DNA from: Eledone cirrhosa
Lineage: Eukaryota
Assembly (NCBI GenBank): GCA_964016885.1
Contig: OZ024762.1
Location: 16,244,001-16,308,000, forward strand
Direction: 5' to 3'
Length of the DNA: 64,000 nt
Part shown: positions 54,009-64,000 of the stretch, piece by piece
Layout: every line of letters starts with the position of its first letter
Position numbering within the stretch: position 1 is the stretch's first letter
Notes under the pieces: generated by a model
Seen by the model: only the letters and a program-made list of their open reading frames with translations
Databases searched by the model: none
Told to the model about the DNA's origin: nothing
Program-made: the position numbers and the translations under genes

Positions 54009-54120
54009 CTTGTGTAAACCTGTGGTTTTGGAACCACGCAGGACTTTACATTCCTCAGGTTTCAGTTGAAATTTATCCAAAAAAGCATCAGCAACTTGGC
54101 CTTTCATTTGTAATTTTTGG
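54009..54120 (-). CDS. COG6: COG6 exon 5 (QKLQMKGQVADAFLDKFQLKPEECKVLRGSKTTGLHK)
   Basis: tag/gtaata boundaries, homology. Confidence 0.96.
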
Positions 54121-54444
54121 CTAAATTAGGGGACAATAAAAAAAATCAAATAATGATTAAAACAGTTATAAACAACATTTTAAAACAAATAATTAAAAAA
54201 CAAAACAAAACTGTCAACTTTTTGAATATAAAACATGTTTACATGAGGAGTCAGTTGTAGAAACCAAGCAAGATTTAGTTCTGTATGAGCAAGGCATGGT
54301 CAACTAATCTGACTTGTCTCACAACGGCACAACTTGTCTAACCCATGATAGCATGGAAAATGCGTGCTTTTTGTCGTGACTCCTACATGACCACTTTACA
54401 GTGGGGGCTGGAGTCTTCACTGGATATTTATATATATATTATAT

Positions 54445-54880
54445 ATATATTTAAAGGTTAAACAAGGTTCTACGAATAAATCAAAGAATAAAGTTTTACA
54501 ATAGATTGGAAGCACTCCACAGTAATGGTTTTCTGGAGTTATTAATATTAATTCAAAATATTAACAAAAATAGACATTCGTGTGGTCAAATATATTTTAT
54601 ACATATTTCAGAGGTACTGAGCTATCTTCAACAGTACGTCCTCATCAGATAAAATAAGATGATGCATGACATACCCTGACTAAGTAGATGGTTAAGATTC
54701 AGTCATGACTGCCATGACTGAATCTTAACCATCTATTTAGTCAGGGTATGTCATGCATCATCTTATTTTATCTGATGAGGACGTACTGTTGAAGATAGCT
54801 CAGTACCTCTGAAATATGTATAATAAAATATACTTGATCACACGAATGTCTATTTTTGTTAATATTTTGAATTAATATAT
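54445..54880. mobile_element. Fold-back element (family A): left arm to 54707, loop ACTGC, right arm 54713-54878, (TA)n on both sides
   Basis: Reverse-complementary arms; same axis as the 47569-47745 copy. Confidence 0.88.
54764..54830 (+). ncRNA. Type I hammerhead ribozyme (family A); the minus-strand mirror at ~54593-54656 lacks 3 nt at the cleavage site
   Basis: CTGATGA 54772-54778, GAAA 54811-54814, TATGTA-TA^ATAAAATA. Confidence 0.8.
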
Positions 54881-55166
54881 TATATATATATATATATATA
54901 GATACATATATATATGTAGATAGATACATATCATCATCATCATAATTTTATGGTCTGTTTTCCTGTTTTCCCTGCTGGCGAGAGCTGTAGAAATTGTCAT
55001 GTTCTGAGACTAGACAAGTCTGAGAACTACACCTAGCTTCTAGATCACATTTTACCATAGTTTCTACAGCTGGATGCCATTACTATTGCCAGCCAATTTA
55101 CAGGGTGAACCGGGTGCATTTTATTGTGGCATCAACACTGGAGAAAGAGAGAGAGAACGTACTAAC

Positions 55167-55225
55167 CTTTCACCTTGCAGTCCTGTAGTTTGGTTCAAAA
55201 GATCTCGAGTTTGTTCTTTTGCAGT
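55167..55225 (-). CDS. COG6: COG6 exon 4 (TAKEQTRDLLNQTTGLQGE)
   Basis: tag/gttagt boundaries, homology. Confidence 0.95.
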
Positions 55226-55319
55226 CTAGAATTAAGATGAAGGAAACATTTAAATATTAAATTAACAAAGAATTTTGAATTTATTACTGACAACATTAAT
55301 TATTACATTATTAAGACAG

Positions 55320-56155
55320 TCCACCCTGTAAAGTGGTTGTGTTGGTGACATGACAAAAAGCACCCAGTACACACTGTAAAGTGGTTGTGTTGGTGACATG
55401 ACAAAAAGCATCCAGTACACACTGTAAAGTGGTTGTGTTCGTGACATGACAAAAAGCATCCAGTACACATTGTAAAGTGGTTGTGTTGGTGACATGACAA
55501 ATAGCACCCGGTACACACTGTAAAGTGGTTGTGTTGGTGACATGACAAAAAGCACCCGGTACACACTGTAAAGTGGTTGTGTTGGTGACATGACAAAAAG
55601 CACCACCCAGTACACATTGTAAAGTGGTTGTGTTGGTGACATGACAAAAAGCACTCAGTACACACTCTAAAGTGGTTGTGTTGGCGACATGACAAAAAGC
55701 ACCCAGTACACACTGTAAAGTGGTGGTGTTGGTGACATGACAAAAAGCACCCAGTACACACTGTAAAATGGTTGTGTTGGTGACATGACAAAAAGCACCC
55801 AGTACACACTGTAAAGTGGTTGTGTTGGTGACATGACAAAAAGCACCCAGTACACACTGTAAAGTGGTGGTGTTGGTGACATGACAAAAAGCACCCAGTA
55901 CACTGTAAAGTGGTGGTGTTGGTGACATGACAAAAAGCACCCAGTACACACTGTAAAGTGGTGGTGTTGGTGACATGACAAAAAGCACCCAGTACACACT
56001 GTAAAGTGGTTGTGTTGGTGACATGACAAAAAGCACCCAGTACACACTGTAAAATGGTTGTGTTGGTGACATGACAAAAAGCACCCAGTACACACTGTAA
56101 AGTGGTTGTGTTGGTGACATGACAAAAAGCACCCAGTACACACTGTAAAGTGGTG
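55320..56155. repeat. 46-bp minisatellite (~18 copies), SINE-derived, inverted relative to 49080-49515
   Basis: Unit gtaaagtggttgtgttggtgacatgacaaaaagcacccagtacacact. Confidence 0.93.
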
Positions 56156-56290
56156 GTGGTAGTAGTGTTATTAATGATGGTGGTAGTGGTGAGTGGTGGT
56201 GGTAGTAGTGTTATTAATGATGGTGGTAGTGGTGAGTGATGATGGCAGTGAAGGTGATGACAATGATGGTGATGGTATATTTCTACCTAC

Positions 56291-56362
56291 CTTTAGTCTG
56301 TTGGTCATGTCCTGGCAACACTCATTCATACCCTTTACCTCGAGGTAGACGCTGTTCAGTTG
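56291..56362 (-). CDS. COG6: COG6 exon 3 (QLNSVYLEVKGMNECCQDMTNRLK)
   Basis: cag/gtaggt boundaries, homology. Confidence 0.96.
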
Positions 56363-57226
56363 CTGTGTAACAAACAATACAGAAATGTTTATATAAGTAC
56401 AGACACGGCTGTATGGTTAACATCTTTGTTTGCCAACAATGTGGATCTGGGTTCAACCCCACTGTGTGTGTATATATAAATATACATATATATATACACA
56501 CACACACACTACCTCCCCTCCTCCCCTTTCTTCCCGTTTGACCTGTCCATAATCCTTTTCTCGCGGGCACTTGGCCAAGCCGGTATGAATTTTTTTTCTC
56601 TCTCTCTCTCTCGTCTGCGACTTCACAGAACTTTATGTTTACTGAATTCGCAGGCCAGACCCCTTCTTCCTCCCGTTAGACCTGTGCGAAATTCCTTCCT
56701 TGCTCACATTTCAACCAGGTTTGATAGTCTTTATTCTCTCGTTCACGATTCCACCGAATTTATATTCATAGAAATCTGGGACTTGTTTCCTTCTTCATCA
56801 CTTTCTGCTGCTTAAACCATTTTGTTCGTTCACCCTAGCGTCCCCCTTATTTACGTGTCCCAACGACTTTTTTTTAGCCGTTGCTCGCACCAACCTGAGG
56901 TATATGGCCTTTAATGCGACGAAATGCCTACGACGGTTGGATGGCCACTGATGAGGACAAACTTTTTCATATATATATATACATGTATGTAAAAGGTAAA
57001 CAGAAATAACAACACAATCGGTATATATACATCATCATCATCAAGGTTTAGCGTCCGTGTTCCACGCTTGCATGGGTTTGGACGGGGGTTTTCCCACTTG
57101 AGGCAAGAGTGGTTGTCTTGCTCGCATATATATATATATTTATTTGCTCTATGGTTCTTATATATTTGATATATATTTATCCTTATCGAGCCCTCTTTGG
57201 ATTTTAGTCTTCAAATTTATTATTAT

Positions 57227-57262
<36 letters not shown>

Positions 57263-57357
57263 GTAGAACACTGGAAGGTAATATCCGTAGTGGTAGAGTA
57301 CTCAGTCCATGGGACGAGTTAGGTAAAAGTGGTTACACAACAGTTAGTTCACCATAC

Positions 57358-57395
57358 CGAGAACAATTGTTTCACCTAGGCGGATCCTCAGCTCG
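57358..57395 (-). ncRNA. Minimal type I hammerhead (family C, left arm)
   Basis: CGAG-CTGAGGA-TCCGCCTAGGT-GAAA-CAATTG-TT^CTCG. Confidence 0.7.
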
Positions 57396-57398
57396 TTA

Positions 57399-57436
57399 CG
57401 AGCTGAGGATCCGCTAAGGTGAAACATTTGTTCTCG
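57399..57436 (+). ncRNA. Minimal type I hammerhead (family C, right arm)
   Basis: CGAG-CTGAGGA-TCCGCTAAGGT-GAAA-CATTTG-TT^CTCG. Confidence 0.7.
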
Positions 57437-58063
57437 GTATGGTGAACTAACTGTTGTGTAACCACTTCTATATATATATATATATATAAGAGAGAGTGAG
57501 AGAAAGGAAATGAGAAAGAGATATAGAGGAAGAATCGACCCCAGTACTAGACTGGTACTTTTTTAATCGACCTCAAATAGATGAAAGGCAAAGTTGACCT
57601 CGGTAACAAAGGGGAAGTTGGCCCTCACAACAGCATAACATTCACCTCAGTGAACAATTAAATTTACTTTCAAATTTTTATTTATTTACAAACTATATAA
57701 ATGCCCAAGTTTTTCATTGCTAAAGGGGACAGAAAATAAAAAGGGGCAAATGAAATAAGGATCAAGCAAGGAAGGGAGAGAGACAAGGACAGTGACAAGA
57801 CCCTAATTTGGGAGGTGCCTCAGCCGCGCCCCGCTGACAAAACGGCAAAAACGTTGCCGCGGAGAATGGCCAGAGACACCCGCGGCAACAACAACCTCCA
57901 CTTCATGGGGTTTCCTCCTCATCATCAAGAGGGGGAGGGGGTCACCGTCTTTCCGACTTTGGGAGGTGGGGAGGCCAGAGGTCTCCACAGAGACCCGGTA
58001 CAAAAAAGAGGAATCGGTCATTGGTCAGGCCCCGGTTATTTAACTATCATTATCTTCATTGAG

Positions 58064-58251
58064 AGGCGGTGGATTGGCAGTATCGGTAGAGGGTTTGACG
58101 CGATACTTTGACGTATAGAGTTACGGCCCTTGCCATTCTGAGTTCAAATCCCGCCTAGGTTAACTTTGCCTTTCATCCATACGAGGTCGATAAAATAAAG
58201 TACCAGTAATAAACTGGTATAATTCCTGGCCTTGTGCCAAACGTAGAAACA
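58064..58251 (+). mobile_element. SINE with 15-bp target-site duplication
   Basis: attatcttcattgag at 58049-58063 and 58252-58266. Confidence 0.9.
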
Positions 58252-58392
58252 ATTATCTTCATTGAGGGGCGGCGGAGCTCGGATTTGTGACCGAAAATAA
58301 CACAGTTGGAGGCCGAGAGCGAGCTGCCACTTGCACGCCGCGTCCCAAAATAAGAATTTGAAAGTTGAAAACAACAAAACAACCGAACTTAC

Positions 58393-58536
58393 TTCTTCAA
58401 CGACATTAAAAGCCTCAACGAATTCTTCGTTTATCGACAAATTCCTTCTTTCGATGTCACTTCGCAGGTTTCGACGAGTCCGGAGGCTATTTTCAACAAA
58501 AAATGTCGACAAAGCTTTCAAAGCTTCCAGCATCTC
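58393..58536 (-). CDS. COG6: COG6 exon 2 ([48 protein letters not shown])
   Basis: cag/gtaagt boundaries, strong homology. Confidence 0.97.
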
Positions 58537-58720
58537 CTGGGAAAAAACGAAGCTTCTCTGTATGTATTTATTATTTTAGAATAAATTTACATTAACCCTT
58601 TCCTTACCAAAACAAACTGAAACCGCCCACGGTTCTACGATATAAAACTGGTTTATATTTATCTAAAAAAAAATGTGTACACACACACATGTATGTATGT
58701 ATGTATGTATATATATATAT

Positions 58721-59288
58721 ACAACCTGTCTCATGGTCGGGTCATTGGCGACTAAACTGGCAACCCCACCAAGGTTTCTTGGTGAGGAGGGTGACTTTGG
58801 ACATCCTGCAGGATTAAAAACAAAACCTGTCAAAGGGCCAAGGAGCTCTTAAGAGTCAATGGCCATCCAAAATCACCGGGAGAGATGACCCCTTAGCCTT
58901 TGTCAAGGCAGAATTCTAGGAGAAGGAAAACTCTGATATAACACCTGCAGCCCCGATGGTATCCAATGATGTTGACTTGTTCTTCTTTTTGGTAAATATC
59001 ATCTTGGTTAAGAGAGTGGGACTGGCTTTGTGCAGTGCCTTTGCTCACTATAAAAGCTTCACGGCACAGGCATTGCTTTATATCTGGAGATCTCTCTGCA
59101 CTTGTTGTCACATGGTACCATGGGCCCAGCACTATGTGTCAATAATTGTCACAAGTGTAGTGTTTGTACCAGAGTTTTCTAGTCACTGGCTGGACTAAAA
59201 AGTCACACTCGTTCAGCGCATCGGTAGGGGTTCTCCTACATGGATATAAAGTAGTGGCCGTACTCGAAAACGAGTTGGCAGCCACCAT
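58721..59288 (+). mobile_element. Dispersed ~550-bp repeat, copy 2
   Basis: Reverse complement of 18744-19298; (TA)n-flanked. Confidence 0.65.
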
Positions 59289-59415
59289 ATATATATATAC
59301 AGTCTTTCGTCACTTTAAAAAATATCTTCACGCACAGGCATTGCACGATAGAATTAATTAATTATTATTAATAATGGTATATCGTGCAATGGCCATACTT
59401 GATAACGAGGGGGCA

Positions 59416-59445
<30 letters not shown>

Positions 59446-59446
<1 letters not shown>

Positions 59447-59549
59447 AAGAGTCAGAATCCCGACGGCTGAGCTCCGGCCGTTTCGACAGCTAGATCCGGA
59501 TCTAGCTGTCGAAACGGCCGGAGCTCAGCCGTCGGGATCCTGACTCTTT
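59446..59549. repeat. Fold-back palindrome (family D), no loop, axis 59497/59498
   Basis: ...gacagctagatcc|ggatctagctgtc-GAAA-CGGCCGGAGCTCAGCCG-TC. Confidence 0.9.
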
Positions 59550-59644
59550 TCCTATTACCCACTCTACTATCCTAAGTACTCTGGTTGGATATGGTCCACC
59601 TGGTATCTTACCCACCTTCTCTGTTGTATGTATGTGTGTGTATG

Positions 59645-59675
<31 letters not shown>

Positions 59676-59786
59676 GGAGAGAGCAGAGAAAATAATCCAG
59701 TGATCCGAAAAGATATCCAGGTGGAAGTTCATGTAAAATCCGGGTATAAATGCTGTTTCAGGATGAAAATCCAACGAATGTTACGC

Positions 59787-59861
<75 letters not shown>

Positions 59862-59862
59862 C

Positions 59863-60020
59863 ACAGTGAAACTCCGTTATAACGAAATTCACGGGGTAAA
59901 AAAAAAAAAGTTCGTTGTAACGAAAACTTCTGTATAACGAGATCGACCGAAACAAATGGAGCATTTGTTTGTTATTACTTCGGGGATTGAAAAAAATTCG
60001 TTATAATGGTATTTTATCGT
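59863..60020 (+). mobile_element. Tigger/pogo-like MITE fragment
   Basis: CAGTGAAACTCCGTTATAACGAA end and repeated ttcgttataa/ttcgttgtaacg subterminal motifs. Confidence 0.65.
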
Positions 60021-60147
60021 ATATATATATAAATGTGTGTGTGTGTGATCCTATAGAAGCCATTTCTATATTGAATTTGTTGTATACACTCTACTAATGT
60101 ATTGAGTACCTTACTTACTGTGGTTACCCCCGATTGAACCCGGATCT

Positions 60148-60195
<48 letters not shown>

Positions 60196-60361
60196 AATAT
60201 TAAAATAACATATTAAAGTTTAAGCAAAGAATCGCTGCTTTCACCCTTAACGGGATCTTCTAAATATTTGCCCTAGGGTTCTTATATATTTGATATATAT
60301 TTATCCTTATCGAGCCCTCTTTGGATTTTAGTCTTCACATTTATTATTACTATATCTATCT

Positions 60362-60628
60362 ATCTAAGGCGGGTAAAATTCCCGAGATCCATGGACGAGT
60401 TCTCTCCAGCGGTCTCTGTCCCTCATTATCGCTGCCATATCCTGCATCTCCAACAGACCAGTGTCTGTCCTTAGGGCATCAACATATGTTAACCTTGGTC
60501 TTCCTCTTCTAGTGTGTCCATGTAGGGGCTCCCAAAGGAGCACTGAGTGCAATGTCAACTCTGGATGTCGGTGAGCATGTCCAGCCAACCTCAGTCTTCT
60601 CTGTGTCACTTTTGAGCTGACTTTTGGG
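60362..60628 (-). mobile_element. RTE-type LINE 3' end (family 2)
   Basis: QRRLRLAGHAHRHPELTLHSVLLWEPLHGHTRRGRPRLTYVDAL. Confidence 0.88.
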
Positions 60629-60739
60629 ATTACTATATATATATAAATATAAGTTTCTTTATATAAATATACTACCAAAATTAGATTAAAGATGCCATGT
60701 CTAGGAATATCATGTCATTCGACTTTTAATTTAATGTTA

Positions 60740-60785
<46 letters not shown>

Positions 60786-61367
60786 TTATATATGTGTGTG
60801 CGTGTGTGTAAATCAGACAGACAGACAATAACAATGATAATCACGGCGATAATTAATGGTTTCTAATTTATAATAATCTTATTATTCAAATCCCGCCGAG
60901 GTTAACTTTGCCTTTCATCCTTACGGGGTCGATAAAATAAAGTACCAGTAATGTAATTACTCGCCTTGTGCCAAAAGTAGAAACAATTATTATTATTATT
61001 AGGCAGAGGGCCAGTAATTTTGGGGAGAGTGTGTATGTGTGGGGGAGAAACCGACCCTACCCTCTCCTCGTTTCCTCCCCCAGTCCAGTACTTCACTGCT
61101 CTGCTGGTACTTTCTTCATCATCATCATTGTCGTCGTTTAACGTCCATCTTAAATATTTTAAATATCCCGGGAAGGATCAAAGACAAAGTCTAATCACTC
61201 CCCCCCCCCCCCCCCGTGCTTCCCACCCGCCGTCGGGATCGATTAGAAGATCAGAGCTGATTGAAAAAATCCGAACAAATACTGTAAAGAAAACATTTTT
61301 TTTTTGTATGTCCGGCGACGCTCAACCGATTCTACACTTGTCAATTATTTATTTACATTTTACCTAC

Positions 61368-61484
61368 CTTGTCATTGTCAATTCTAGTTTCAAGTATTTT
61401 ATTCAGCTTCCGGGTAAGTGGGTTGTTATTAGATTGCTGTCCATGAGAAGAAACAGAGTCGGTTGTGCCATTTCTATCAGCCAT
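61368..61484 (-). CDS. COG6: COG6 exon 1 (MADRNGTTDSVSSHGQQSNNNPLTRKLNKILETRIDNDK)
   Basis: ATG at 61484 in aaATGG context, gtaggt donor, homology. Confidence 0.93.
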
Positions 61485-62937
61485 TTCTATGACACTAAGG
61501 TGACAACGTGGAACTAACTAAAACACAACGGTGATATCACTATACATTACTATTTGATATAACCTAGCTTAATCAATGATTCATATATATATCCCAGCTT
61601 ATATATACTTTTTATTTCTTATCTGGCCTTTTAAGTTATTGGAAATACTCAGCAAAATAAATAAAGATTGATTGGAAAATATTAAAATGTCGTGTATGTA
61701 ATGTAACCCGTTTTGACGGTTGTTTGTTGTTTTGTTAGTTAGGAACCTTTTACGGTTGACACCGCTAGCCACCATAGATTGGCTACCTGTGAGAATGGGG
61801 AGATAATTGAGAAGATAGGAGAGAAAGAGAGAGGGTGGTGGAGGGAAAGAAAGAGAGAGGGTGGTGGAGAGGAAAGGAGAGAGGGTGGTGGAGGAAAAAG
61901 AGAGAGAGGGTAGAGGAAAGAGATAGAGAGGGTAGAGGAAAGAGATAGAGGGTGGAAGGAAAGAGAGGCAGAGAGAGAGAGAGGGTGGAAGGAAGAAAAG
62001 AAAGCGAGGGTAGAAGGGAGAGATGGAGAGATAGAGAGGAAGGTTTGGAGTGAAAAAGAGGAAGAGATAGAGCGAGTAACATACAGAGCATGAGTGGGAA
62101 AGAGAGACAGAAGGTAAGAGATAAAGAGGGTGAGAGAGGGAAAGAGAGACAGAAAGTAAGAGATAAAGAGGATGAGAGACAGAAAGGAGGTAAGAGATAA
62201 AGAGGATGAGAGAGAGAGAGAGAAAGGAGGTAAGAGATAAAGAGGATGAGAGAGAAAGGGGGGTAAGAGATAAAGAGGATGAGAGAGAAAGAGACAGATG
62301 GTAAGAGATAAAGAGGATGTGAGAGAGAGAAAGAGAGACAGATGGTAAGAGATAAAGAGGATGTGAGAGAGAGAAAGAGAGACAGATGGTAAGAGATAAA
62401 GAGGATGTGAGAGAGAGAAAGAGAGACAGATGGTAAGAGATAAAGAGGATGAGAGAGAGAAAGAGAGACAGAGGTTAAGAGATAAAGAGGATGAGAGAGA
62501 GAAAGAGGGTAAGAGATAAAGAAGATGAGAGAGAGATAAAGAGGATGAGAGAGAGAGACAGAAGGTAAGAGATAAAGAGGATGAGAGAGAGAGACAGAAG
62601 GTAAGAGATAAAGAGGATGTGAGAGAGAGAAAGAGAGACAGATGGTAAGAGATAAAGAGGGTTAGAGAGAGAAAGAGCGTAAAAAAGAACAATACAAGAA
62701 TAAAAGAAAGACTAAAGTAGCAGCAGCGACAGTAAACCAATCCCGATAACTCTTACTGGTAAATAGTCAACTTAATAACGTAGAATTAATTCATGCTTTA
62801 AAAAGTCTGGGTCGAGCTCTCCCTTATGTCAAGCGTCAATTGTTTTCACATAAACAAATATTTCTTGTGGATCTGACCCTTAGTTTCCTTTTCTTTTTTT
62901 TCGTTGCCAAATTTATTTCCAACCCACCCCCTAAAAA
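61485..62937. promoter_or_regulatory. Divergent (probable bidirectional) promoter/5'UTR region between COG6 and LRRC57, containing a GA-rich tract 61795-62675
   Basis: Start codons are 1453 bp apart head-to-head; exact transcription start sites are not visible. Confidence 0.6.
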
Positions 62938-63432
62938 ATGGGTAATAACAACATCAAGCTACACATTGAGACAGCTTCTAAAACTGGGGCCTTGCAGTTG
63001 ACACAACACAATCTGAAGGAACTGCCCCCAGAAATCGTGCGACTCGCTTATAACCTACGTTCTCTGGACGTCTCGAACAACAGTCTCCAGAGTTTGTGTC
63101 CACCCAATCTCGGCCAGTTTACAATGTTGAAACATCTGACAGCCAGTCACAACCACCTCCAGCAACTACCTAACGCCGAGCTGGCACAATTGAAAAAACT
63201 CGAATGTCTTTCCGTTGATTACAACCGCCTCACCCGTTTGCCACCCTCGTTGGCCAACCTGACCGCGTTAAGGACAGTTAACGTATCCAATAACAGGATT
63301 ACGGTTTTCCCCGAAGAATTATGTCGTCTTAAAAACCTCGACTCCGTCAATTTCTCTTGCAACCGTATCACACAACTGCCTTCCTGTGTTAGTACTCTTC
63401 AAGTTATTGAGCTTAACTTGAACCAGAACCAG
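62938..63432 (+). CDS. LRRC57: Leucine-rich repeat-containing protein 57, first coding exon (165 codons); gene continues beyond the window
   Basis: MGNNNIKLHIETASKTGALQL...LRSLDVSNN...LQVIELNLNQNQ matches LRRC57 as recalled; CAG|gtaac donor at 63432; the rest of the track ORF is intronic repeat. Confidence 0.92.
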
Positions 63433-63454
63433 GTAACAACATATAGTTACGTGC

Positions 63455-63910
63455 CTCTGTGTGTTTGTATATATGTTTGTGTGTGTGTCTTATTGTGTCT
63501 ATATGTTTGTTTGCGTGTCTCATTGTGTCTATATGTTTCTGTGTGTGTCTCATTGTGTCTATATGTTTGTGTGTGTGCCTCATTGTGTCTATATGTTTGT
63601 GTGTATGTCTCATTGTCTATATGTTTGTGTGTGTGTCTCATTGTGTCTATGTTTGTGTGTGTGTGTCATTGTGTCTATATGTTTGTGTGTGTGTGTCATT
63701 GTGTCTATATGTTTGTGTGTGTGTCTCATTGTGCCTATATGCTTGTGTGTGTCTCATTGTGTCTATATGTTTGTTTGTGTGCTTGTATCTATATGTTTGT
63801 GTGTGCTTGCATCTATATGTTTGTGTGTGTTTGTATCTATATGTTTGTGTGTGCTTGTATCTATATGTTTGTGTGTGTCTATGCGTTGCTCTTGTGATTG
63901 TGTGTGTGTA
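63455..63910. repeat. TG-rich ~28-30 bp minisatellite in the LRRC57 intron
   Basis: gtgtgtgtctcattgtgtctatatgttt repeated. Confidence 0.93.
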
Positions 63911-64000
63911 TGTTGGTTTTGTGATTGCGTGTGAAGAGTTGTTAGGTTTATGTGTATGTATGAACCTTTTATAACCCCGCCCGTTAAAAATACGAAGATA

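Larger units (their letters stand above)
57327..57467. repeat. Fold-back palindrome (family C), 70-bp arms, 1-nt loop at 57397, (TA)n-flanked
   Basis: Reverse-complementary arms with few mismatches. Confidence 0.92.
26315..61484 (-). other. COG6: COG6 gene span: conserved oligomeric Golgi complex subunit 6, 19 coding exons, 1929 nt CDS, 642 aa
   Basis: Exons assembled by hand with GT-AG ends and consistent phases; translation is colinear with vertebrate COG6 as recalled ([44 protein letters not shown] ... [18 protein letters not shown] ... RTPDQVLKLLS*). Confidence 0.97.

Noticed and set aside
56940-56965. CCACTGATGAGGAC hammerhead start
   Set aside because: No downstream GAAA or stem III before the TA tract; at most a truncated remnant
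63433-63897. C-terminal hydrophobic extension of the 319-aa LRR ORF
   Set aside because: Read-through past the CAG|GTAAC donor into a TG minisatellite intron

Overview
This is repeat-rich animal genomic DNA. The SINE, LINE and microsatellite content looks like an octopod cephalopod (inference), and there is a 200-N scaffold gap at 18544-18743. Two host genes sit head-to-head: a complete 19-exon COG6 on the minus strand (61484 to 26315, 642 aa, all introns GT-AG, phases consistent) and the first coding exon of LRRC57 on the plus strand (62938-63432). Nearly all ORFs in the supplied track are microsatellite artefacts. The most striking unannotated structure is a set of fold-back palindromes inserted in (TA)n tracts, mostly in COG6 introns, whose arms carry type I hammerhead ribozyme motifs from several unrelated sequence families. 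The largest is a 3.46-kb near-perfect palindrome (38829-42292) with a Penelope-like GIY-YIG endonuclease frame and a hammerhead in each arm. Other notable items are several satellites whose transposon origin can be read directly (mariner, CR1/L2, piggyBac-like MITE, SINE), a duplicated Pol III-type tRNA-like ncRNA candidate, duplicated COG6 splice sites inside tandem repeats, a Helitron-like element and RTE LINE remnants. All calls were made by eye, with no database searches or folding runs.
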